Of a stretch of 28,097 bases of DNA, positions 8,609 through 16,581 are shown in pieces. Made by a program: the position numbers and the translations under genes. The stretch covers positions 11,724 to 39,820 of the forward strand of contig CAZITZ010000001.1 in the NCBI GenBank assembly GCA_964542295.1, in the 5' to 3' direction. Source of the stretch: an uncultured Desulfurococcaceae archaeon. GTDB lineage: Archaea; Thermoproteota; Thermoprotei_A; Sulfolobales; Desulfurococcaceae. Below the pieces are notes generated by a model. That model ran no database searches. It was not told where the DNA came from and was given only the letters and a program-made list of their open reading frames with translations. Positions within the stretch are counted from its first letter, which is position 1. Each line of letters starts with the position of its first letter.

Positions 8609-9880
8609 TTATGGTATTAGCCTTGTTCGATCTCGTACAAATATTGTTGCAAGTCTTACATTCTCAAGACCTAGCATACTCATCATCAATCTTTCAACAC
8701 CTAGTCCGAAGCCTCCATGAGGAGGCATGCCATACTTAAATGCTTCTAGATAGAAACTAAAGTCTTTTGGATTAAGACCCTTAAGTTTAAGAGCTTCTAC
8801 GAGCTTTTCATATCGATGTTCACGTTGTCCACCACTGGCTATCTCAAGGCCTCTATAGTCAAGATCAAATTTCCGTGTATGATAGTTATCCTCTTCCCTC
8901 ATATAATAGAATCCAGTAGCAGGCCATGGAAAACCAACTATGAAGTATATGTTGTAGCCCTTCTCAGCCATTATCTCTCCTAGTTTCTTCTCAGCAGATT
9001 CGCTAAGATCTTCGCCTTCAGGGACCTCTATGCCCTCGCTTCTGAGTATATCAACGGCCTCTTCGAATTTTAGTCGCTTAAACGGTATTGTTAATGGATC
9101 AACATTTATACTAAGTATATCTAGTTCCTCTCTAGCCTCGGTGCGTACCTTATCAGCAATGTATTTAACAAGTTCTTCCAAAAGCCTCATAACATCTTCT
9201 TCGCTATGTATGAATCCCATTTCAGCATCTATTCCCCAAGATTCATTAAGATGGCGTGTAGTATTGAATTTCTCTGCCCTAAAATATGGCGTAATCTCAT
9301 AAACACGTGGAATACTAGACATAAGTATTTGTTTATAGAGTTGAGGACTTTGGCTAAGATAAGCTTTGTATTCGAAATACTGTATTGGGAAGAGTGTAGC
9401 GCCTCCCTCAGCGCCAGCTGCCACGATTTTGGGAGTATGTACTTCAAGGAATCCGTTTTCTTCAAAGAATTTTCTAGCACTACGGAGAATAACAGATCTT
9501 ATTCTAATGAGTGCTTTTTCAGCAGGATTCCTGATCAATAAGTATCTATACTTAATTCGTGTATCTAGTAATGTTGGTACTTTACCAACAGTATCAACGG
9601 GTAATGGCTCGAGAGGCTCTGCATATACCTTAATATTCTTTACAAGATATTCTATGCCCCTCTTACTCCTTTGTTCAGGTGCTATTTCTCCTTCAAAACA
9701 TATGGCTGTACCTATTGCTAGTTCTTTAGCTTTTTCATAAAGCTCAGGCTCTCGATTCTTCTTTAAGACTATAACAGCGGGTTTTACATGTTCTCCTATG
9801 CTTAATTCAATAATAATGACCCTGCCAACAGCTTTATGCCGTATAATCCATCCACATATACGTTTACTCAACATATACAC
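8609..9880 (-). CDS. aspS: Aspartyl-tRNA synthetase, archaeal type
   Basis: GATLF, YLSQSPQLYKQ, FRAE..NTTRHLNE and GMPPHGGFGLGVERL motifs. Confidence 0.93.
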   Translation of the reverse strand: MYMLSKRICGWIIRHKAVGRVIIIELSIGEHVKPAVIVLKKNREPELYEKAKELAIGTAICFEGEIAPEQRSKRGIEYLVKNIKVYAEPLEPLPVDTVGKVPTLLDTRIKYRYLLIRNPAEKALIRIRSVILRSARKFFEENGFLEVHTPKIVAAGAEGGATLFPIQYFEYKAYLSQSPQLYKQILMSSIPRVYEITPYFRAEKFNTTRHLNESWGIDAEMGFIHSEEDVMRLLEELVKYIADKVRTEAREELDILSINVDPLTIPFKRLKFEEAVDILRSEGIEVPEGEDLSESAEKKLGEIMAEKGYNIYFIVGFPWPATGFYYMREEDNYHTRKFDLDYRGLEIASGGQREHRYEKLVEALKLKGLNPKDFSFYLEAFKYGMPPHGGFGLGVERLMMSMLGLENVRLATIFVRDRTRLIP

Positions 9881-10002
9881 CTAGGCAAAACCAATATATA
9901 GTACGTAATAAAAGAATTATCCTTATCCATAACTAAAATAAACAATGATAATAATTAATAATCAATGCAGATGATTTATACATAGTCTAAAAGATTAAAC
10001 AA

Positions 10003-10016
10003 TTAAAGTATATAAG
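10003..10016 (+). promoter_or_regulatory. BRE-TATA promoter pointing into the BHB-flanked RNA
   Basis: TTAAAG followed by TATATAAG (10009-10016), about 25-30 nt upstream of G10041. Confidence 0.6.
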
Positions 10017-10040
10017 ACATAGAAGACAAAAATAAAGTAT

Positions 10041-10236
10041 GCAGCCAATCACTCGGAACCGCCAGCTACCCCGAAAGCCCGGGCAGTCCAGAACATGAGC
10101 ATTACAATGATTGTTTTGGGCAATGAAACGCCTGGGAAGAAAAACCACTAGCTGGTGGTTGCTCCCCTGGCAACGGGGGAGTGGGTTCTCCGGGGTGGCT
10201 TCGGGGACCCGGAGGCCCCCGAGTGGGCTAGAGCTA
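10041..10236 (+). ncRNA. Unassigned structured RNA closed by a bulge-helix-bulge motif; predicted 183-nt excised circle (10049-10231) with a K-loop/H-ACA-like hairpin
   Basis: 115 of 190 nt are G+C (10041-10230, counted) in an AT-rich genome; BHB AGCC-AAT / GGCT-AGA; closing stem CACTCGG/CCGAGTG; GCAA and C(UUCG)G tetraloop hairpins indicate the + strand. Confidence 0.8.
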
Positions 10237-12906
10237 TGGTATTTTCCTTGTTATCCTCTTCCTAAATTCTTCAACTATGATTATTACATGTGATATTAGT
10301 ATAATGTATATTAAGCTTTCTATGTCTAGAGGTACTGCACCCAATAGCCACGGTGCTATATAGATGGGTATTATTGCTAATGCTAATCCAGCTAAATAAC
10401 CCAATATATGATATTTGTTTGATAGTAATCCTATTTCTAATAAGCTCTTGTAGGGACTTCTCATATTATAACTATGGGCTAGCTCTCCTATGGATAATGT
10501 TAAGTATGTAGCAGTAGCTATTGCTAGTGGGGATAATGTATGACTCAAAGTCCATGAAAGAGCTGCCAGTACAAGTCCTATATAACCTATAAATACTAGT
10601 CCAGATTTTCCAAGCAGGGGCTTAATACTCCATGGCGGTCTCTTCAATATATCTGGTTCCGGGGGTTCTAGACCAAGTGTTATAGCAGGCACAGAATCCG
10701 TTACGAGGTTAATCCATAAGATCATTGCAGGAGTAAGTATAGCTTCTCTAAATAATCCTATTGAACCAAGAACTATAGTTACTTCAGCGATATTGGCAGA
10801 TAATAAGTATAATGTTGATTTACGTATGTTTTCATAACTAGTTCTACCATCTTCTATAGCTGCAACAATTGTAGCAAAATTATCATCTTCAAGAATAAGA
10901 TCACTAGCTTCACGTGCTACATCTGTTCCCCTTAGGCCCATGGCGACACCTACATCGGCAAGCTTTAATGCCGGAGCGTCATTAACTCCATCGCCCGTGA
11001 CAGCTACGACATGCCCTCTTTTCTTAAGGGCTTTTACAATACGTAGCTTATGTTCCGGCGAAACTCTTGCAAAGATAGCTGTATCTTCAACAATATTGTA
11101 TAGTTCTTCATCACTCATATTCTCTAATTCGCGTCCGGTAACTATTCTTTTACCCTCTAGTGATAACCCGATCATCTCAGCAATAGCTTTAGCTGTTATA
11201 GCATGATCACCTGTTACCATTATGACTTTTATACCTGCATCCAATGCTTTTCTAATAGCATCTGGTACTTCAGGTCTAGGTGGATCCAATAGACCTGTTA
11301 AACCTATAAATACTAAGTCCTTCTCGGAATCTTCATCACTAGGTATTTCATCAACAATTTTATATGCATACCCTAATACTCTAAGACCTTTAGAAGCCAT
11401 TTCTTCGGAAACGGCAATAATTTCATTGACATCATCCTCATCAATGCTTTTTAAATAATTGTTCCTGAGAATGTACTTGGATCTTGACATAATGACTTCA
11501 GGAGCTCCCTTACTATACACTATATACTTGTTCTTAGCCCTTACTATAACACTCATCATCTTTCTTTCACTTGAAAAAGGTATTTCCTTTATTCTCTGCA
11601 TAGTATTTCTTAATTTCACGTGATCGATCCCTGCCTTAGTACCGAATACTACTAATGCAGCTTCCATGGGATCGCCTATAGGTTTAGGCGGATTACTATT
11701 ATAGTCTACATCACTATTGTTACATAGTATGGAATCTTCTAAAAGTAGATCTATAGATTTGTTTTCGCCATAAATTATTTTCTTACCTTTATAGAGTATA
11801 GCACCTTCTTTAAGATAACCACTACCAGTGATATTTAAGTAGCCTAATCCAGGGATCCATGCCTTAATAACAGTCATTTCATTACGTGTAAGTGTACCAG
11901 TCTTATCAGTAGCTATAACTGTTACTTTTCCAAGGGTCTGTACTGCTCCAAGGCGGCGGACTAATGCATGTCTACGGGCCATACGTAAAACACTTAGTGC
12001 AAGGATCATAGTTAAGACAGCAGGTAACCCCTCAGGTACAGCTGCTACTGCTAAAGCTATACTAGTTAGCAATGCTTCGATAGGCGATGTTATATTTAAT
12101 ATTATGGAAAGGCTTAGGACAAGTAATGCTATGGCTATGATAACTCCTCCAAGTTGTTTAGCAAGCCGATCCATCTCCTTATGCAGTGTTGTTTTCTCTT
12201 CAAGACCTGAGGTTTCAGCTATCATCTGTGCTATACGACCAACTTCAGTCGCCATACCTGTTGCAACAACGACGGCTTTACCACTACCCCGTACAATGTA
12301 CGTGCCTGAAAAAACCATGTTTATACGGTCAGCAACTGGCGTATCTGGTTCAAGAACTACGTCAGCTTTCTTCATGACAGACTTGCTTTCACCAGTTAAT
12401 AGGGATTCATCAACATATAAATTTATAGCTTCAATAAGTCTTGCATCGGCTGTAACACGATCTCCTTCGGACAATACAAGTATATCTCCAGGTACAAGGT
12501 ATCTTGAATCAATCTCGACTAAAGTACCGTTTCGTATGACCTTAGCCTTAGGTACAACAAGTGATTTAAGCTTCTCAAGAGCTTTTTCTGCACGGTATTC
12601 TTGTATAACACCTGCTATAACCATTATAGCTATAATAGCCAATATACTTACTGCATCTTCTGTTTCACCTACTATTAAAGCTATTATTACAGCAGCAATT
12701 AAGAGTAACATGAATAAATTAACGATTTGTCCCAAAATGATTTTCCAAATACTTCTTTTACCTTTAGGCTCAATAATGTTTAATCCATATTTTCTTATTC
12801 TTTCTTCAACATCTTTATTACTAAGTCCTTGATCAGGATCAGTATTAAACTTCTCCAATACTTCTAAGATACTCACTGAGTGCCATTTTTCCTTCACACT
12901 AGGCAT
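10234..12906 (-). CDS. P-type ATPase, type IIA (Ca2+-transporting, SERCA-like)
   Basis: TGES, PEGLP, DKTGTLT, KGAPE, MVTGDH and GDGVNDAPAL motifs; membrane ligands NIAE, WINLVTD and a TM8 Glu. Confidence 0.93.
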   Translation of the reverse strand: MPSVKEKWHSVSILEVLEKFNTDPDQGLSNKDVEERIRKYGLNIIEPKGKRSIWKIILGQIVNLFMLLLIAAVIIALIVGETEDAVSILAIIAIMVIAGVIQEYRAEKALEKLKSLVVPKAKVIRNGTLVEIDSRYLVPGDILVLSEGDRVTADARLIEAINLYVDESLLTGESKSVMKKADVVLEPDTPVADRINMVFSGTYIVRGSGKAVVVATGMATEVGRIAQMIAETSGLEEKTTLHKEMDRLAKQLGGVIIAIALLVLSLSIILNITSPIEALLTSIALAVAAVPEGLPAVLTMILALSVLRMARRHALVRRLGAVQTLGKVTVIATDKTGTLTRNEMTVIKAWIPGLGYLNITGSGYLKEGAILYKGKKIIYGENKSIDLLLEDSILCNNSDVDYNSNPPKPIGDPMEAALVVFGTKAGIDHVKLRNTMQRIKEIPFSSERKMMSVIVRAKNKYIVYSKGAPEVIMSRSKYILRNNYLKSIDEDDVNEIIAVSEEMASKGLRVLGYAYKIVDEIPSDEDSEKDLVFIGLTGLLDPPRPEVPDAIRKALDAGIKVIMVTGDHAITAKAIAEMIGLSLEGKRIVTGRELENMSDEELYNIVEDTAIFARVSPEHKLRIVKALKKRGHVVAVTGDGVNDAPALKLADVGVAMGLRGTDVAREASDLILEDDNFATIVAAIEDGRTSYENIRKSTLYLLSANIAEVTIVLGSIGLFREAILTPAMILWINLVTDSVPAITLGLEPPEPDILKRPPWSIKPLLGKSGLVFIGYIGLVLAALSWTLSHTLSPLAIATATYLTLSIGELAHSYNMRSPYKSLLEIGLLSNKYHILGYLAGLALAIIPIYIAPWLLGAVPLDIESLIYIILISHVIIIVEEFRKRITRKIP

Positions 12907-12998
12907 TACTAAACCCCATTATCGAATCAAACATTATTCTTCTCTTCAAATTAAGCAATTGACTAGCTTAAATAATTAATTTACTTGAGTAATTTATA

Positions 12999-13019
12999 GA
13001 AGTAATGTCCAATTACTTC
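12999..13019. promoter_or_regulatory. Perfect inverted repeat, candidate operator
   Basis: GAAGTAAT-N5-ATTACTTC directly downstream of TTTATA (12993-12998) in a divergent intergenic region. Confidence 0.5.
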
Positions 13020-13066
13020 ATATACTTCCTCAGACTACTAGATAGTCGAGGGGGGTTGAGTAGTAT

Positions 13067-13756
13067 TTGCCGAGTAAAAGAAAGAAGTTAAGGAAAAAAG
13101 GTGTTAAGACTCTGGATTTCTTCCTTAATAGAAAAGCTGGTCAAGAAACTAAAGATTATTTAACTAAGGATAAATCTAAATCTACAAGAAAAGATGAACT
13201 TGAAGTTCTTTTCAATGAATTGTTTAAACCTGTACAAGCAACATTAGATAAATCCCGTACCGATCTAGCTACTATGAGTTTAACTAGTAAGTCTAAACAA
13301 GGTCCTCTTGAAAAAGAGACACCAGTTCCACATAAGGAGGAAGTTCCTAAAGAAGTAGTTTTACTCAGAACTCCTATACCTGAAGGCGACATTTTACGTA
13401 AACTCCTTGAAAAACCCATAAGAACAATAAATGAAATTATGTGTAGTAGTGATGGATTATGTAAGGATAATAGGAGATTGTCGGAGACATTTATTGACGA
13501 ATTCGGTTTTAAAAGACAGAGAGGATTTGTTAGGACTACAAGAGCACCTGTCTTTCTTGATTGGATAGTTGAGGAAGCTGTTGTCTCAAAAATACTTCCA
13601 ACAGCATATAAAGTTGAGACTAGTCGTGGAGCAATAGCTCTTATTCCAGAGAACTTTCTATGTGAGCTTGATAAGAGATATGGTGTTTTATTAAAGAATT
13701 ATGATTGTAGCAATTATAAATTATCTATTTCTCCTAGTGAAAAAAGAAAGAAATAG
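13067..13756 (+). CDS. Hypothetical protein with a basic N-terminus and PIP-box-like motif
   Basis: 229-aa ORF; GAGGGGGG RBS before the TTG; VKTLDFFL motif. Confidence 0.75.
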   Translation: MPSKRKKLRKKGVKTLDFFLNRKAGQETKDYLTKDKSKSTRKDELEVLFNELFKPVQATLDKSRTDLATMSLTSKSKQGPLEKETPVPHKEEVPKEVVLLRTPIPEGDILRKLLEKPIRTINEIMCSSDGLCKDNRRLSETFIDEFGFKRQRGFVRTTRAPVFLDWIVEEAVVSKILPTAYKVETSRGAIALIPENFLCELDKRYGVLLKNYDCSNYKLSISPSEKRKK

Positions 13757-13866
13757 ATAATAAAATTATTCTAATAGTCAATAAATTCTGTCTATTGGCT
13801 TGTCTTAACGGTAATCGTAGAAGAGATAACGTATACTATCTAATCGATTAAGTAGTCATAGAATAG

Positions 13867-14226
13867 TTAATGTTTTGGAGGAACATAATATGTTCTAGGA
13901 ATAGCCGTATCAGTATAGACTCTACGTACTCTACGTCTTCTTCTTTTCCTAATTCCACGTCTTTCCGGTGGAAGTTCCATGCCAGGAAGTCCATAGCTTC
14001 CATCAGGAAACTCAATAAGTATACCAGTATCAACAAGTCTATTCAGTGCTTTTCTAAGTCTATCCTCACCGGCAATACCACTGAATTCATCCCGCAATTC
14101 TTCCCATGTCATTGGTCTACCCTTTTCTCGAATAGTATCTATAATAACATCGCCAAGTTCTTCGTCTCTAGGTGCTATTAGCACTACTACATCTGAATCC
14201 TCATATATCTTCTTAGTACGGGGCAT
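13867..14226 (-). CDS. Small winged-helix protein with an Arg-rich tail
   Basis: GAGGTGA RBS; MTWEELRDEFSGIAGEDRLRKALNRLVDTGILIEFPDGSYGL wHTH-like pattern; tail RRGIRKRRRRRVRR. Confidence 0.8.
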   Translation of the reverse strand: MPRTKKIYEDSDVVVLIAPRDEELGDVIIDTIREKGRPMTWEELRDEFSGIAGEDRLRKALNRLVDTGILIEFPDGSYGLPGMELPPERRGIRKRRRRRVRRVYTDTAIPRTYYVPPKH

Positions 14227-14258
14227 ATAGATCTCACCTCTTTCTTTTTCTACCCCAA

Positions 14259-14290
14259 GTAATACTAGTGAGAGTTAGATATATAAACCC
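14259..14290 (-). promoter_or_regulatory. Promoter of the wHTH gene: TATA plus downstream CTAGTATTAC box
   Basis: Minus strand GGG-TTTATATA (14279-14286), then CTAGTATTAC (14268-14259). Confidence 0.55.
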
Positions 14291-14358
14291 TTTCTATATG
14301 AAGAAATTTATCCCACCATTATAAAATAAACCCTATAGAATGGAAATTTGATAAACCC
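14283..14358. repeat. Three ATAAACCC direct repeats
   Basis: Copies at 14283, 14326 and 14351 in a 416-bp AT-rich intergenic region. Confidence 0.6.
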
Positions 14359-14642
14359 ACTTTTATGGACTCCTTCGAGATTTATTAATGAGCTACATAA
14401 TGAAATTGCTATAGATTGGATTGGTTCTCAATAGTGTTCAATAGATAATGAATTAATTATTAGAAAGTATGATTTAGGTAAGTATTCCATTTTAATTTGT
14501 ATATATATTTATATAGGCTATACCCATATTTCTCCCTCTATGGTATTGAATTCTGTATAATGGGCTAAATAAGATTTTATAGGATGTATAGCAAATTATA
14601 TCATGGTTAATAAAGGCATGTTCTGGTTAAGGTGACAAAAGA

Positions 14643-16568
14643 TTGGCCAAATTAAAATACTTACTATGGCCTAAGGGATCAACAGCTCTATTATTAGGTA
14701 ACGAAGCAATTGCAAGAGGAGCCATGGAGTCAGGAATGGGCCTTGCAGCAGCATATCCCGGAACACCTAGTACCGAAATAATTGAGGCACTAGCTGATGT
14801 AGCTAAGGATGTAGGATTCTATGTTGAGTGGAGTACTAATGAGAAAGTAGCTTTTGAATCAGCATATGCAGCTGCCATATGCGGTGTACGGGCACTGGTT
14901 GCAATGAAACATGTAGGCCTTAATGTAGCTGCTGATATATTTATGAGTAGTGCCTATGCAGGCGTTAATGCAGGCTTTGTAGTTGTTTCAGCCGATGATC
15001 CTGGGCAGCATAGTAGTCAGAATGAACAGGATAATAGATGGTATGGCTTTATAGCACACATACCTGTTGTTGAACCATGGAGTCCAAGAAGTGCATACAG
15101 ACTCGTAAAGGCAGCTTTTGAACTTAGTGAAAAGCTTAGGCATCCAGTGCTCCTTCGTTCAACGACTAGGATAAGTCATACAAGACAACCTATAACATAT
15201 GAGAATGATATTCCAAAGAATATAAAGACAAAGGGTATTTTCGACCGTGATATTGAAAGATACGTATTAATCCCGGCTCATGGACGTAAACAGAAGCCTA
15301 GACTAATGAGTAAATGGAAAAAGGTTATGGAAGAAGAAGGTAGGGAACCATTTATGGCTATCGAAAATCCTGGTAGGAAGGAAGTTATTATTGCATCAGG
15401 TATATCATATGCTCATGTTAAAGAGGCAGTCGAAGTACTTGGTGAGCCGGATAGGTTTACTATTGTACGTGTGTCTCTACCAGTACCGTTACCCTATAAA
15501 CCCATACTTGAAGCTACGAAGGATGCTGAGAAAATACTTGTTGTTGAAGAACTCGATCCTATTATTGAGAAACAAGTATCGGAAATTCTTTATAAGAATG
15601 GCTTATCAGTAGAACTTCATGGTAAGGATCTTATCCCTGAAAACTTTGAACTAGATCTTGAGAAGGTTTATATGGCTATCAAGAAATTTATTGGAGAGGA
15701 ATCAGTATCTCCATGGAGGCCCTTGGAACCTATAGTAACGGAGCCTCCAATACCAGTTAGACCTCCTGTATTATGTCCGGGATGTCCGCATAGAAATACA
15801 TACTATATAGTTAAGGTAGCTGCTAATAAAGCAGGTCTTAAGAACCCAATATTTACTGGAGATATAGGTTGTTATACACTAGGTTATCAACCGCCTTTCA
15901 AGACTCAAGAAACTAGTTTTGAAATGGGAGGCAGCATAGGGATCGCTCATGGATTAAGCAAGGTTGTTAATGAACCTGTAGTTGCCGTTATTGGTGACTC
16001 AACATTTTATCATGCAGGCCTACCTCCATCAGTAAATATAATATATAATAAAGGCCATGCAATAGTCCTCGTACTGGACAATTATTATACATCCATGACT
16101 GGTCATCAACCCCATCCAGGCACTGGTTTAACAGCTATAGGTGAACCCACCTATCGTATTCCTCCAGAGGATCTTCTTAAGGCTATGGGATACAATACAT
16201 ACGTCATTAATCCAATGAATGTTAGGGAAAGCATTGAAAAAGTTGTTGAAGCCTATAAGAAGTTCAAAGAAGGGGATCAAGTAGCTATAGTATCTCGTAT
16301 GAAGTGTGCATTGCAGACTGTACGTAAAGCTAGGAGAGAGGGTATTAAACTACCAGTATACGGAATTATTGAGGATAAGTGTACAGGTTGTATGGTTTGT
16401 GTAAACTTACTTGCGTGTCCAGCGATAATCGTGCCTAAGGATGCTAAGAAACCCGTCATATTAGCAGATCAATGTGTTGGATGTGGTTTATGTGCTCAAG
16501 TTTGTCCATTTAATGCAATAGAGATTATTGAAGAAGGTAGTCCGAATTGGATTGAGGCATGGCTTTAG
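14643..16568 (+). CDS. iorA: Indolepyruvate:ferredoxin oxidoreductase alpha subunit
   Basis: GNEAIARGA, YPGTPSTE, MKHVGLNVA, LCPGCPHR, GDIGCY and GDSTFYH motifs; two C-terminal 4Fe-4S motifs; GGTGA RBS before the TTG. Confidence 0.95.
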   Translation: MAKLKYLLWPKGSTALLLGNEAIARGAMESGMGLAAAYPGTPSTEIIEALADVAKDVGFYVEWSTNEKVAFESAYAAAICGVRALVAMKHVGLNVAADIFMSSAYAGVNAGFVVVSADDPGQHSSQNEQDNRWYGFIAHIPVVEPWSPRSAYRLVKAAFELSEKLRHPVLLRSTTRISHTRQPITYENDIPKNIKTKGIFDRDIERYVLIPAHGRKQKPRLMSKWKKVMEEEGREPFMAIENPGRKEVIIASGISYAHVKEAVEVLGEPDRFTIVRVSLPVPLPYKPILEATKDAEKILVVEELDPIIEKQVSEILYKNGLSVELHGKDLIPENFELDLEKVYMAIKKFIGEESVSPWRPLEPIVTEPPIPVRPPVLCPGCPHRNTYYIVKVAANKAGLKNPIFTGDIGCYTLGYQPPFKTQETSFEMGGSIGIAHGLSKVVNEPVVAVIGDSTFYHAGLPPSVNIIYNKGHAIVLVLDNYYTSMTGHQPHPGTGLTAIGEPTYRIPPEDLLKAMGYNTYVINPMNVRESIEKVVEAYKKFKEGDQVAIVSRMKCALQTVRKARREGIKLPVYGIIEDKCTGCMVCVNLLACPAIIVPKDAKKPVILADQCVGCGLCAQVCPFNAIEIIEEGSPNWIEAWL

Positions 16569-16581
16569 GAGGTGAGTCCGT

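Noticed and set aside
8011-9740. ORFs 8011, 9030, 9206, 9229 and 9366
   Set aside because: Antisense or alternate-frame shadows within adk and aspS
10095-10130. Hammerhead or other self-cleaving ribozyme core
   Set aside because: No CUGANGA; UGA and GAAAC are present but not in hammerhead geometry
10041-10236. GC-rich RNA as RNase P RNA, SRP RNA, 5S rRNA or a permuted tRNA
   Set aside because: No intact P4 pair (GAAGAAAAACC only loosely resembles GAGGAAAGUCC, with no matching 3' strand); no CAGG-GNRA-AGCA SRP helix 8; no TpsiC GGTTCGAATCC; no recognisable 5S blocks on either strand or in the permuted form
10039-10293. BHB element as an mRNA intron (spliced ATG CAG CCA A|AG CTA TGG...), and ORF 10111-10293
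   Set aside because: Splicing yields only a 23-aa peptide antisense to the ATPase C-terminus, with no RBS; ORF 10111 runs through the RNA structure
10940-12832. Plus-strand ORFs 10940, 11222, 12104 (242 aa) and 12186
   Set aside because: Antisense to the P-type ATPase; composition is that of a codon mirror
13156-14181. ORFs 13156-13419, 13848-14036 and 13870-14181
   Set aside because: Overlap better-supported genes that have strong RBSs
13867-14642. WhiP plus oriC assignment
   Set aside because: The protein is too short for a two-domain WhiP and no full ORB motif is visible; kept only as a weak possibility
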